This document shows positions 28,613 to 37,891 of a stretch of 61,705 bases of DNA, piece by piece. The position numbers were made by a program, and so were the translations under genes. Numbering within the stretch: position 1 is the stretch's first letter; each line of letters starts with the position of its first letter. Below the pieces are notes generated by a model, which saw nothing but the letters and a program-made list of their open reading frames with translations, made no database searches and had not been told where the DNA came from. Origin of the DNA: Candidatus Sericytochromatia bacterium (GTDB lineage Bacteria; Cyanobacteriota; Sericytochromatia; S15B-MN24; JAQBPE01); the NCBI GenBank assembly GCA_040400605.1, contig JBBAPZ010000020.1:1-61705 (forward strand), written 5' to 3'.

Positions 28613-29095
28613 CTATGCTTCGTTAGTGGAGACTTTTCCACCCTTCATAAACACGTACCCGCCAATGACAGGTTCGTCCTTGGGCCACCGCGATGCAATA
28701 AGGCGGCTTTTGCCAAGCTTCATTATGTTTACACTATTTCCTTGATTACCGCCAAGCACATAGTAATGCCCCGCATCTTCACCGACATAGAAGCCGACAT
28801 GGCCCCCACCAGCACGGTCAAAGACAAGGATTGCACCGGGTGCAAGACGGTCACGACGTAGGAGCGAGCCGTAAGTAGCCCACTCTTTTGCGCGCATATA
28901 AAGCTTAGGGAAGGGCAAGCCAGCTTCCTGCATGCAGTGCGCAACAAACACACCACACCAAGGAGTCTCATCGTCGCGCCACCAAGCACGTATTTTTGAG
29001 AGCCACCCTTGGATTACCTTGTTATGTGTAGGGCCGGGGATTTCCTTAGTACCTACAAGCTTTTCGGCAGTCTTAAGCCAACGTGGGTCGGTCAT
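28613..29095 (-). CDS. Endolysin, TIGR02594-like NlpC/P60 (CHAP) peptidase
   Basis: DETPWCG (Cys), GHVGF (His), LGGNQ. Confidence 0.85.
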   Translation of the reverse strand: MTDPRWLKTAEKLVGTKEIPGPTHNKVIQGWLSKIRAWWRDDETPWCGVFVAHCMQEAGLPFPKLYMRAKEWATYGSLLRRDRLAPGAILVFDRAGGGHVGFYVGEDAGHYYVLGGNQGNSVNIMKLGKSRLIASRWPKDEPVIGGYVFMKGGKVSTNEA

Positions 29096-30045
29096 GCTGT
29101 GTAACTCCCAGACGAATTAAACTGGAGGATTGTGTTTGAGCCACTGGTGGTGACCGTTGGGCTTCCTGTTGTTGTACCACTGTAACTGGCTGTTGGCACG
29201 GAAATAATGACCACACCTGAGCCGCCCGCGCCACCTGCGCGTAGGATGTTTGTGGGGCCGGTACCGCAACCACCGCCTCCGCCGCCCGTATTAGCCGTGC
29301 CCGCAGAGCCATTAGCGTCCGCGCCACCATTACCACCGCCCCCTGCACCACCTGTACCCGCAGCGGAACTAGAAGTCCGCTTACCGCCTCCACCGCCGCC
29401 AGCGCGTGTGACCGAAGTGCCAGTGATTGAAGAAGCCAAACCCGCCCCTCCGGGTGCGCCAGAACCAAAGCTGCCAGAGCCTCCCGCGCCAGCGCCACCG
29501 CCGCCACCGCCGCACTGGACATTAGCATCTGAGGTACTACTCTGACCAAAACCTCCAGCATTACCCTGCCCCGCAGTACCGGCAGCGCCTGAGGGGTTAC
29601 CTGAAGCAAATGTACCGTAGCCGCCGCCGCCAGAGCCGCCAGTACTGGCCGTACCAATACCACTACCACCACCGCCACCTGTGGCGACTACAGCGCCGAT
29701 TGAGGAGTTACTACCATTATTACCATTAGCCGCACTGCCCGGAGCAGCGCCACCAGCACCAACAGTAACCGTGTATGTCGTGCCCGCAGTTAATGTCGAA
29801 GTGTTACTAAGGTAGCCGCCAGCGCCACCGCCACCGGTACCAGTGTTAGTATCAGCAGAACCGCCCGAACCCCCGCCTGCAATAATAAGATAGCTGGCAG
29901 AGTAGGTTACAGGTGCAGGTGTGGGCCACAGTCCCTGCTTAATCCAATACGCAGCCTCGGCCAGCGTCCAAATCCCCGGAGCCGCAGATGTGGTCGGGGT
30001 TACTGGTGTTTTGCGGATAAGCCCTCCGGGCCACCTATTGGCCAT
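29092..30045 (-). CDS. Glycine-rich tail/adhesin protein (copy 1)
   Basis: YLIIAGGG, TYTVTVGAGG, GGSGVVII glycine-rich domain. Confidence 0.75.
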   Translation of the reverse strand: MANRWPGGLIRKTPVTPTTSAAPGIWTLAEAAYWIKQGLWPTPAPVTYSASYLIIAGGGSGGSADTNTGTGGGGAGGYLSNTSTLTAGTTYTVTVGAGGAAPGSAANGNNGSNSSIGAVVATGGGGGSGIGTASTGGSGGGGYGTFASGNPSGAAGTAGQGNAGGFGQSSTSDANVQCGGGGGGAGAGGSGSFGSGAPGGAGLASSITGTSVTRAGGGGGGKRTSSSAAGTGGAGGGGNGGADANGSAGTANTGGGGGGCGTGPTNILRAGGAGGSGVVIISVPTASYSGTTTGSPTVTTSGSNTILQFNSSGSYTA

Positions 30046-30388
30046 TTGGAACCTCTATCCAAGATAGGGTGTCTTCGTCCCAAGCGTATGACTTACCGTC
30101 ATCTGGGTAAGCGACTGGCGCGTTCCACAGGCAGGTGTCTTCGTTAAGCAGCCACGACGGAAAGGGTGATGGTGGTATGAACGCATCGCGCACCGCGTCA
30201 TAGGTGTAGCCGATACCGGCATAGTTCTTGCGGAGCGGACGGCCTTCTGGATGTTGGCCACCATGCGTATTGTATGAGGTCTGCACCCAGAGTGCAGGGT
30301 CACCAAATAGGCCTGTGTCGATAACGTCCTGCTCGATGACAAGAACCTCGGTGACGACGCCGTCGATGACTTTTGCAAAGTGGCTCAT
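30035..30388 (-). CDS. Small tail-associated protein (fibre chaperone-like)
   Basis: MSHFAK, WVQTSYN, RKNYAGIG, PFPSW; lies between the glycine-rich genes. Confidence 0.6.
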   Translation of the reverse strand: MSHFAKVIDGVVTEVLVIEQDVIDTGLFGDPALWVQTSYNTHGGQHPEGRPLRKNYAGIGYTYDAVRDAFIPPSPFPSWLLNEDTCLWNAPVAYPDDGKSYAWDEDTLSWIEVPNGQ

Positions 30389-31272
30389 GCCGTGTAGCTT
30401 CCCGATGAGTTGAATTGGAGTATGGTGTTAGCACCGCTAGTCGTAACCGTAGGTGAGCCTGTAGTCGTACCGCTATAGCTGGCCGTTGGTATAGATAAGA
30501 TAACTACACCGGAACCACCGCTTCCGCCGACCCCAGAACCACCAGCCCAGCCACTGCCTCCGCCGCCGCCACCCGTGTTTGCGGTCCCAGCCGTTCCGTT
30601 ACCGTTAAATGGAGAACCAGCACCACCGCCACCAAGGCCACCAGCGCCAGCAGTATCACCAGAGCCGCCCCCACCGCCAGCGCGATAAGTAGCACTTCCT
30701 GTTATTGAGGATACAGAACCCGTACCACCAGCGCCGCCATTAACACCCGACGCAGTGCTACCAACAGCGCCAGCGCCACCGCCACCGCCGCCAGCCAAGT
30801 TGCTTGAGCTACCTGCACCGCCGTTGTTACCTTGGCCGGATGTCCCCGCGCCGCCAGCGCCAGATATAAAACCACCGCCGCCGCCGGAGCCGCCAGCATT
30901 ACCCACCAAATAGTAACCGCTGCCGCCAATACCACCACCACCCCCGACAGTGCTAACAGCGTTGAAAGAAGACGCGCTGCCATTAGAACCATAGGAAATG
31001 GAACCGCCACTGCCACCGGCACCGACAGTTATCGTGTATGTGGTGCCCGACGTTAGCGTAGAAGAGCCTGACAATAACCCACCGGCTCCGCCGCCGCCCG
31101 GTGCGTTGGTAAAATCGTTACTACTACCGCCGCCACCGGCACCTGCGATGATTAAATAACTAGCAGTTATAACTGGTGGGGGCGTCTGGAAACGCTCGCT
31201 TATGTCGTAGACACCCGAGGTGCCCGTAAGCAAACTAGCTGTAATGATGCCGCGAGGGTAACGCCTAAACAT
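30385..31272 (-). CDS. Glycine-rich tail/adhesin protein (copy 2)
   Basis: Paralog of 29092..30045 with near-identical C-terminus. Confidence 0.75.
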   Translation of the reverse strand: MFRRYPRGIITASLLTGTSGVYDISERFQTPPPVITASYLIIAGAGGGGSSNDFTNAPGGGGAGGLLSGSSTLTSGTTYTITVGAGGSGGSISYGSNGSASSFNAVSTVGGGGGIGGSGYYLVGNAGGSGGGGGFISGAGGAGTSGQGNNGGAGSSSNLAGGGGGGAGAVGSTASGVNGGAGGTGSVSSITGSATYRAGGGGGSGDTAGAGGLGGGGAGSPFNGNGTAGTANTGGGGGGSGWAGGSGVGGSGGSGVVILSIPTASYSGTTTGSPTVTTSGANTILQFNSSGSYTA

Positions 31273-31281
31273 TCAACGTCC

Positions 31282-31659
31282 TTACGAGTTGAGTTCTTCC
31301 CACGAACACGTGACGACAAGGTCATTCGCCGCGCCAGCCGTAGCGCCGATGCTTTCATTTTCCTTGAGGTAGAACGACGTTGTCTTGTCAACTACGATTA
31401 GCGTAGCGTCAGCAGGCACCGAGATTGTCGAAGCAATCGGGAAGGCCGTACCACCCAGAGCCGCTGCGCTGTACTTGTTGATTGTGATGTCAGCAGCAGA
31501 TGTGCCGTCTACGTTGGCAACCATAATAGTGTTAATCTTAAACACCTTACCGCTGGACGCGGCGTTGCTGACGATAGAAGTCGCGCTGGTCGAGGACAAT
31601 GCTGTGCTAGAATTGTTGCCATAAATGGCGGTGACGCCTGCGAGATTTGGGTTAGCCAT
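31282..31659 (-). CDS. Structural protein
   Basis: MANPN start, beta-rich, tail cluster. Confidence 0.65.
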   Translation of the reverse strand: MANPNLAGVTAIYGNNSSTALSSTSATSIVSNAASSGKVFKINTIMVANVDGTSAADITINKYSAAALGGTAFPIASTISVPADATLIVVDKTTSFYLKENESIGATAGAANDLVVTCSWEELNS

Positions 31660-31668
31660 GTTGCTTCC

Positions 31669-32145
31669 TTACAATCCAAAAACCATGCTTAATACGATAC
31701 TTTGCCCAACAGTGACACCCGCCGCCGCTGGCGCTGAAGATACCCATGCCGTGCCGTTGCTGGTCAGGACGTTAGCCGCAGTGCCGGGTGACGATAGCCC
31801 CGTGCCGCCATTAGCGGGAGGAAGAAGGCCAAAGCCGTCTGAGATAGACTTGCTGGCAGGGTAGTCGCAGAACACGTCTTTAGTGCCTGCGGCGAAGTCC
31901 ACGAGCGAACCGCTATTGCTGGACGCAAGCACCGTATCACGAGACAGCGTAGGGCCAGCACCTGAATAGGTTCCGATACCAACTTCCCACTGGCTACCTG
32001 CATTGATGGTGTAGTACGTGGTGTTGCCGTTGCCGACCGCACTAAAGGTCTGGTACCCCGTAGGCGAGGTACCACTGAGCGTTATCGTACCTGTACCAGT
32101 GGTAGTGGTAGTATCGCGTACGCGGTCAGCAACATTTAAGGGCAT
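31669..32145 (-). CDS. Structural protein
   Basis: ADRVRDTTTTTGTG, WEVGIG, NGGTG fibre-type motif. Confidence 0.65.
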   Translation of the reverse strand: MPLNVADRVRDTTTTTGTGTITLSGTSPTGYQTFSAVGNGNTTYYTINAGSQWEVGIGTYSGAGPTLSRDTVLASSNSGSLVDFAAGTKDVFCDYPASKSISDGFGLLPPANGGTGLSSPGTAANVLTSNGTAWVSSAPAAAGVTVGQSIVLSMVFGL

Positions 32146-32154
32146 TAGTTTTCC

Positions 32155-32625
32155 TTATACGATGCGGATGATTGCAGTCGTATTAGTAGCAGTCGGGAAG
32201 ATGATGGTGAAGTCACCGTCTGTCGAAGTCTTATCCGAACCGAAGTCCAATGAGGCAACTGCAGCGTTCGTCAGCGTGGTGTTCGCGTTCGAGTTAGCTG
32301 AAGGCGTTGTGTTATAAATCAACGCACCGCGAGCCGTGATGGACGAGTTTGCGAAGGTCAGGTCGGAGAAGTCCGTGAAACCCGTACCCGAAGACGCGTT
32401 GTTGTTCGAGGTAACAACACCAAGGTTAGTCAACGTGCCACCGCCAGCGGTGTAGTTTGTGCCTGTTACTTCGTTAGACGTAGTGTATGCGGTGGTGTTA
32501 GCGTCAATCGTGGCCGACGAAGTATACATCGCCAACTTAAAGGTATCGCCGCCTACGCGGAAGTCGTGCACAGCCAGCATAAGCTCGGCCTTAAACGACG
32601 TGGACATTGCTTGGGTAATTGCCAT
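32155..32625 (-). CDS. Structural protein
   Basis: SFKAEL, FKLAMY, ITARGALIYN, LDFG motifs. Confidence 0.65.
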   Translation of the reverse strand: MAITQAMSTSFKAELMLAVHDFRVGGDTFKLAMYTSSATIDANTTAYTTSNEVTGTNYTAGGGTLTNLGVVTSNNNASSGTGFTDFSDLTFANSSITARGALIYNTTPSANSNANTTLTNAAVASLDFGSDKTSTDGDFTIIFPTATNTTAIIRIV

Positions 32626-32637
32626 CTTAAGGCCTCC

Positions 32638-32922
32638 TTATGTATCGAGTATGGCGGTTAACTCTGGGTACCCCGCCTGTTTAAATTTGTTCACCAGAGT
32701 TACGTTATGTGACCGCACAGCCTCGTGCATATAATGCACAAGCACTCCACGGATGCTGTCTTTGAAGGCTTCGGCTTGGTCACGAATAGCGGGATGCGCG
32801 TTGCTGCCCACATAGATAATCTTATCCAGCGCACGCTCGGCAACTTCTTCCGGCGTGGAGCCACGGCCTTGGGTAGCCATGACCATGACGTTGCCAATAG
32901 TGCCTGAAACGGGGTCGAACAT
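32638..32922 (-). CDS. Hypothetical late protein
   Basis: GGAGG RBS; tightly packed in the operon. Confidence 0.65.
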   Translation of the reverse strand: MFDPVSGTIGNVMVMATQGRGSTPEEVAERALDKIIYVGSNAHPAIRDQAEAFKDSIRGVLVHYMHEAVRSHNVTLVNKFKQAGYPELTAILDT

Positions 32923-32931
32923 CTATACCTC

Positions 32932-33612
32932 CTAAGAGACCGGGTACCGGGCTTGTGGCGTCCGGTACATGTCTTGACGGTTCTTACCTTCACCAAGCTG
33001 CTTGAGCATAGCCATCGCGTTGTCGTACCGCTTCTGGTACTCGGCGTTGATATCCTGCTCGCCCTTCATAAAGATATATGCCTCAATGAGCGAACCATAG
33101 AGCAGCGCGCTATCGAAGTTATCACCCAACCACGACGTCCCAGCAGTCACAATGGACTGCGGGTAGTAGAAGTAATGCAGTTCGACTGCATAGTTCGCGT
33201 CTGGCGTCGGCCCCAAGATGTACGAGTTCTCGTCAAAGTAGGCGTAGTGTGTTGGTATGCCTGTTGTGCTTGGGTTAGGAAACGACTGCCGGATAAAGCT
33301 GACGTCCTTGTTGAGCAGATACTCGTAGCGTCCAGTGGCGTCGATGACGGCCATGGAGAAGTTAGCCAGCCAGTCGGATGGCACCGACAGATATTTATTA
33401 CCTGCCGTCATGTTACCCGTCACGTTCTTACGCAGGTCAAGCAACTGCACCGTGTTAAAGATGCGCTGCTCAGCCTGTTCGATGAACGTGTTAATCTGCT
33501 CGGTAGACGTCAAAGTCACCGCAGTGGAGCCGTCCGGGCCGGTCCATGAAGTGTTGGGGAAGTCGTTTTCGACGTACCCTTTGATTGTCTCGAACAGTTC
33601 AGCGTAGTTCAT
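32932..33612 (-). CDS. Head-tail adaptor/tail tubular A-like protein
   Basis: FIEQAEQRI, LGPTPD, LLYGSLIEAY motifs. Confidence 0.7.
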   Translation of the reverse strand: MNYAELFETIKGYVENDFPNTSWTGPDGSTAVTLTSTEQINTFIEQAEQRIFNTVQLLDLRKNVTGNMTAGNKYLSVPSDWLANFSMAVIDATGRYEYLLNKDVSFIRQSFPNPSTTGIPTHYAYFDENSYILGPTPDANYAVELHYFYYPQSIVTAGTSWLGDNFDSALLYGSLIEAYIFMKGEQDINAEYQKRYDNAMAMLKQLGEGKNRQDMYRTPQARYPVS

Positions 33613-33752
33613 TAGGCCAGTTTCTTGCTGCTATGCGTACCTTTAGTAGCCGCGCCAGTGCCGCGAGTTTTCACAGTCTGGGTGTTAGCTACGTTGTTTG
33701 GGTAGCCCGAATTGTTCTTCACAATCGGCACCGTCTTTGGTTTGTAGTCCAT
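33612..33752 (-). CDS. Small basic protein
   Basis: MDYKPK..TRGTGAATKG; fills gap in the operon. Confidence 0.55.
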   Translation of the reverse strand: MDYKPKTVPIVKNNSGYPNNVANTQTVKTRGTGAATKGTHSSKKLA

Positions 33753-33753
33753 A

Positions 33754-33948
33754 TTATTTACCCCGCGAAGATTTCTTCTGGTTGGCGACCTTGGCAAGGT
33801 TACGACCCAGCGCCTTCATCTGTGCGTTGGTCTTGCCACCCTTGGCGAGCTTGGTCATAGGCTGGCCTTTGTGCTTTGCACGTTCGTGCTTGTGCACGGC
33901 CTTAGCCACCATGGCCTTATCTTGCTTCAAATCTTTCTTATCCATCAC
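33754..33948 (-). CDS. Small basic protein with LAKGG motif
   Basis: Lys-rich, VHKHE, LAKGG. Confidence 0.65.
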   Translation of the reverse strand: MMDKKDLKQDKAMVAKAVHKHERAKHKGQPMTKLAKGGKTNAQMKALGRNLAKVANQKKSSRGK

Positions 33949-34340
33949 TAATTCTCCGTCTCAATCGTTACGGTCCCTACTTGACCATTACCTAATAGCG
34001 TATTTGGAAGCCCAAATAAACCCAAAGGATTATCTAATCCGACTGGGTTCCACCCCCACTGAATTACGCGACTACCATCAGTGGGGTTATTGTTCACGTT
34101 TAGGCCCGCTTGGAAATAGCTATTGTCCGGACGTGGGTCGCGCAGAGCCTGTGGGTCATCCACTGGGTACATACCCAACTGAAGCTGCGGCTGGTCCGGT
34201 TCCCAGCATGTGGGGCACACGAGAATGTTGACGTTCTTGGTCTTAATGACAAGCCGCTTGAGCTCCTTAAGCTTGTAGCGAAAGTTACAGCGGTCGCACT
34301 GGGCGATTGCCCATTTACCAGAGGCGAACCGATTAGGCAC
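33948..34340 (-). CDS. Zn-ribbon late protein
   Basis: CDRC..CPTC, DPQALRDPRPD. Confidence 0.7.
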   Translation of the reverse strand: MPNRFASGKWAIAQCDRCNFRYKLKELKRLVIKTKNVNILVCPTCWEPDQPQLQLGMYPVDDPQALRDPRPDNSYFQAGLNVNNNPTDGSRVIQWGWNPVGLDNPLGLFGLPNTLLGNGQVGTVTIETEN

Positions 34341-34343
34341 ACG

Positions 34344-35054
34344 TCACCGGAAATACTGACGAGGTGCGATGCGCAATGGCGCTTTCTCGCGGTCCTCATC
34401 AGCAGCCTGCTGCCAGAGTTCTTCGTATTGTGCTTTTAGGCTCATAGAACGTTCGAGTGCGCCGGGTATCTTCAGGGATAGGTGATACGCGAGACCAGCC
34501 ACCAGACAAGGGAGGAACCTAAACGGTATATCTTGCGTAGTAGTACCATCGCCAGCATCCTGTAAGCGGCGCAAGCGCCAATAGACAAAGGTGTAAAAGT
34601 TACTCTGGTCCGGTGCGGGCCACACATTAATCTGTGGGTTTGCAACACCATCTACCGGATAGTCTGCGCCTGACTGGCGGTTAATCCACACTTGGATAGG
34701 CCGACCTTGCGCGTTCTTATTCGGAATTGTCGAGTATGTGTCGATACTAATACGGCTAATCGTGATGTCCGTCTGCTGCTCCCCGCTTTGGGTGCGCACA
34801 ACATGCTCAAGCAGGTCTATCGTATCTACAGGCAGGTCATAAACAATCTGCCCTTGAACAAGCGGAATAGAACCCTGCTCGATGGTCCACAGGTTAATAC
34901 CACGGTTAGCCCACTCAATAGTGAGTAAATTGAGGCTACGCCGCGCAGTGCGCATGTCGTAACCCGTGCGAAGCTCGGCCCCGCAACGCTCAAACGCCTC
35001 TTCGATTAAGTCGTTGAGGTTCAGGTTAAATGTGGTGGTGCCGCTCGTGGTCAT
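34344..35054 (-). CDS. Head-tail connector/adaptor protein
   Basis: IEEAFERCG, ARRSLNLL..WANRG, WPAPD, PFRFLPCL. Confidence 0.7.
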   Translation of the reverse strand: MTTSGTTTFNLNLNDLIEEAFERCGAELRTGYDMRTARRSLNLLTIEWANRGINLWTIEQGSIPLVQGQIVYDLPVDTIDLLEHVVRTQSGEQQTDITISRISIDTYSTIPNKNAQGRPIQVWINRQSGADYPVDGVANPQINVWPAPDQSNFYTFVYWRLRRLQDAGDGTTTQDIPFRFLPCLVAGLAYHLSLKIPGALERSMSLKAQYEELWQQAADEDREKAPLRIAPRQYFR

Positions 35055-35446
35055 CGGTACTTCGCTGCCTTCTTTGCTATGGCCTTCGGCTGCTTAACGA
35101 ACTGCTTGCCCGCTTTTATGCCTGCGCGTTTCGCCTTGCTTGTAGCAGAGTATTCCTGCGAACTCAAAGCCTCACGTGCTTTCTTAGGCAAGTAGCGCTC
35201 GCCCGTGGCTTTTGACCCCTGCGTAGACGGTTTACCTGACTTGGTACCCCAGTCCTCTTTAGTCCATTTGGATAGAGATTTCTGAGCTTCTGTCTTCGGG
35301 CCGCTGTAGCCGCCACCAGACTTCTTGTACCGTTGCGTAGCAAGCTGGGCTTTACGGGCGGACCATTGACCTGCGTTTCCACCCTTCGTGCCAGCCTTTA
35401 CGCTGGCAACGATGCGCTTCCACTTAGGTTCGTCCGACCGTGCCAT
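35051..35446 (-). CDS. Basic protein, DUF5872-like
   Basis: GQWSARKAQL, SLSKWTKEDW, GERYLPKKA. Confidence 0.6.
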   Translation of the reverse strand: MARSDEPKWKRIVASVKAGTKGGNAGQWSARKAQLATQRYKKSGGGYSGPKTEAQKSLSKWTKEDWGTKSGKPSTQGSKATGERYLPKKAREALSSQEYSATSKAKRAGIKAGKQFVKQPKAIAKKAAKYR

Positions 35447-35736
35447 TACTTCTTCTTGAAGCCCTTTAGCAGCTGCGCAAACCGCGCACGTTGGCCTAGC
35501 TTGCCCGGAGCCTTAGCGGCCTTGGCAAGCTTACCGGCTGGGATGGGCTTGCCCTTCTTGGCACCAAGCGCCGAGCGCAGTGCACCCGGCTTCTTAATGG
35601 CCTTCGAAATATCGAGCTTCGCCTCGCCGCCTTTAGCGTACGTGGTTACGTTGTCGGGGTTATCCTTACGACGAATTGTCTTCGCCCCCGGCATTTTAGA
35701 AGGGTTTATAGCCCCCATACCCCGACAAGCGCGCAT
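35446..35736 (-). CDS. Small basic protein with YAKGG motif
   Basis: AIKKPGALR, GKLGQRAR. Confidence 0.65.
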   Translation of the reverse strand: MRACRGMGAINPSKMPGAKTIRRKDNPDNVTTYAKGGEAKLDISKAIKKPGALRSALGAKKGKPIPAGKLAKAAKAPGKLGQRARFAQLLKGFKKK

Positions 35737-37043
35737 TAGACTACCTTACCCTTGGTCTTGCCCTTCTTGGCGATACCGTCAATGGAGCCGCCCTTGGCGT
35801 ACTTCTTCATGGAGCCGCCGCTGCACTTCTTGACCATTGCACGACCCTTAGTATCAGCAGACTTCTTCTTCATTGCAGCACCAAACTTAGTTGCTTTGCC
35901 GCCCTTAGCCATACCCGGCTTGGCGTTGCGCTTCGCCAGTTCCTTAAGGAACTCTTTACGCTCTGGGGTCAACGGCACGGTGTTTGCACCACCAGTGATT
36001 GGCTCTTTCGGCGCTGGCTTTTTATTAGCTGGTGTAGAACCACCCTTAGCGTATTTCATAGTAGTTTCCTTCTTTTTAACTTTGCCACCTTTGGCTTTGT
36101 TGGCAGCGTTCTTCTCAGCAGCTGCTTTACCATACGTAAAAAAGGCTCCTGTATCCGAGCCACTGGCAAGTGGTTTACTACCTTTTGCCCTTGCAGCGTT
36201 ACGAGCTTTTTCCGCTTCCCGAAATGCGAGAAGTTTTGCACGAGACTTTGCGCTATCGACACTACCCATACCAAACATATCCGCGAAGTTTTCACGGCGT
36301 TTTGCGCTACCTGTAAGCCCTGCTACGCGTGCCTTTGCTTCTGCTGGAGTTTCATAACGTTTAGGTGCAGCTTTAGGTGCATCTTTTGGCTTTGTTACCT
36401 TAGCGGCTTGGGCGTCCGAACTTGCGTTCCTAGCTATTAAAGCAGGTGCGGCGATTGGAGTGTTTTTAGGTTTATCTGCTGCGGCAACGGGAGCTGCATT
36501 CCTATTTGTGCTCGAACTGGATGTGCCTGCACTATTATTTGTGCGCACAGCGGCCTTCTGTACAGGCTTACGGCCTTCACCAGCGATGTCCGTGGTGTAG
36601 CTCTTGCCGTTAAAGGTAAAGGTCTTACCCGCACCCAGACGCGAACGTGCGTCCTTGAACGCTGCACCAAAACTTTGTGGTTTACCTATAGAGCTATCCA
36701 TCTTAGGCGCAGTTAGCGCACCTAGGGTGTCTGAGACTTTCCCTGTAGGGCCCGCAGTATCTTTAGTTACTGACTGTGGCGCACCGTATTTACGAGTCTT
36801 TGTCAGGTTACTTTCGGCGGCTTTTTCTGCTGCGCGTGTAGCGGTGCGGTCAGCGCCAGTGCGCTTGGCAAGGTCGTCCTTGGCATCAGCGGTACGTTGA
36901 GCCTGTTTAGCTTCGAGCACTTCAAGTGCCCTACCGCTTTTGCCTGCTGAGTCCTTTGCGAAATCTTTTTTGATGTCCGCTATGCGACGGTCGTAACGGC
37001 CTTGTGCGCCACCGGCTGAGAACTTTTTCATTTTACGTGCCAT
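35736..37043 (-). CDS. Large Lys/Ala-rich basic protein with repeated AKGG motifs
   Basis: 435 aa; SFGAAFKDAR..FTFNGKSYTT domain; four AKGG. Confidence 0.7.
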   Translation of the reverse strand: MARKMKKFSAGGAQGRYDRRIADIKKDFAKDSAGKSGRALEVLEAKQAQRTADAKDDLAKRTGADRTATRAAEKAAESNLTKTRKYGAPQSVTKDTAGPTGKVSDTLGALTAPKMDSSIGKPQSFGAAFKDARSRLGAGKTFTFNGKSYTTDIAGEGRKPVQKAAVRTNNSAGTSSSSTNRNAAPVAAADKPKNTPIAAPALIARNASSDAQAAKVTKPKDAPKAAPKRYETPAEAKARVAGLTGSAKRRENFADMFGMGSVDSAKSRAKLLAFREAEKARNAARAKGSKPLASGSDTGAFFTYGKAAAEKNAANKAKGGKVKKKETTMKYAKGGSTPANKKPAPKEPITGGANTVPLTPERKEFLKELAKRNAKPGMAKGGKATKFGAAMKKKSADTKGRAMVKKCSGGSMKKYAKGGSIDGIAKKGKTKGKVV

Positions 37044-37045
37044 GA

Positions 37046-37288
37046 CTATACCTTCCTCATCTCATCGACCTTGGCCTCGAGGCGCTCAAAGGCCCGGTCA
37101 AACCGGTCACCTAACTTATCTACCAGCGTATTCATCTCTGCGCGAGTTACGTGGTCCCGAGCAATTTCCTCACGGGTTTTGTTGAGCAGGATGCCGAGAC
37201 GGTCCAACTCGTTAATCTTCCCCCTAAGGAAGAAGCCCATAATAGTCACCACAGCGCTGAGTATTACGTTCCAAACCATCATTTCCAT
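37046..37288 (-). CDS. Small membrane-anchored coiled-coil protein
   Basis: N-terminal hydrophobic helix, coiled coil ending RLEAKVD. Confidence 0.6.
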   Translation of the reverse strand: MEMMVWNVILSAVVTIMGFFLRGKINELDRLGILLNKTREEIARDHVTRAEMNTLVDKLGDRFDRAFERLEAKVDEMRKV

Positions 37289-37289
37289 G

Positions 37290-37544
37290 TCAGCACTTCC
37301 AAGCACGGAGTGACTTATTGATGCGGCTGTTGGGGTCGTTGGCAGTTTTCTTGCTGGTCAGCTTCTTCTTCATGCCCGACATACGAGCACAGAATGACTT
37401 CTTGCGCGGACCACCTTCAGGCTGTGGTGCCTTGAGACCGGGCTTACCGGGGTTGGCTTTATTATAAGACGCACGACCCTTGGCGTTCAGCCCGCCAGAC
37501 TTCGCTTTGCCTTCTTTGCGTGTCCAAGCGGGTGTCTTAGCCAT
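37290..37544 (-). CDS. Basic protein, DUF6321-like
   Basis: GGLNAKGR, RKKSFCARM, SLRAWKC. Confidence 0.65.
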   Translation of the reverse strand: MAKTPAWTRKEGKAKSGGLNAKGRASYNKANPGKPGLKAPQPEGGPRKKSFCARMSGMKKKLTSKKTANDPNSRINKSLRAWKC

Positions 37545-37891
37545 TACACGAACCGCCCTTTTGTCTTGCCCTTAGTAGCGCAGCCATCGCCGCGCTTCGA
37601 GGCAGTTGAGCCACCCTTGGCCATCTTCTTGACCTTGCCGCCCTTTTTGAAGTCCTTGGTGTTCTCACCACGGTCTGTGACTCCGTAGCGACCCCCCATA
37701 GCAGGCTCACCCATGTTAGCACCGCCCATACCGGCACCTCCGGCTTCCCGCTTCTTTTTAGCAGCCAGCATACCCATAATGCCCAAACCACCGTTCCGTG
37801 CAATATCGCCCATGCCTACGCCACCAGCTTTGGCAGCACCCACTAGGCCACCCGTCAGGCCACCCTTAAGAATCTTACCAAGTTTACTCAT
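37544..37891 (-). CDS. Small basic Gly-rich protein with AKGG motif
   Basis: FKKGGKVKKMAKGG; C-terminus resembles 35736..37043. Confidence 0.65.
   Translation of the reverse strand: MSKLGKILKGGLTGGLVGAAKAGGVGMGDIARNGGLGIMGMLAAKKKREAGGAGMGGANMGEPAMGGRYGVTDRGENTKDFKKGGKVKKMAKGGSTASKRGDGCATKGKTKGRFV

Noticed and set aside
29092..31272. Diversity-generating retroelement template/variable repeat pair
   Set aside because: No reverse transcriptase; differences between copies are mostly synonymous, not adenine-specific
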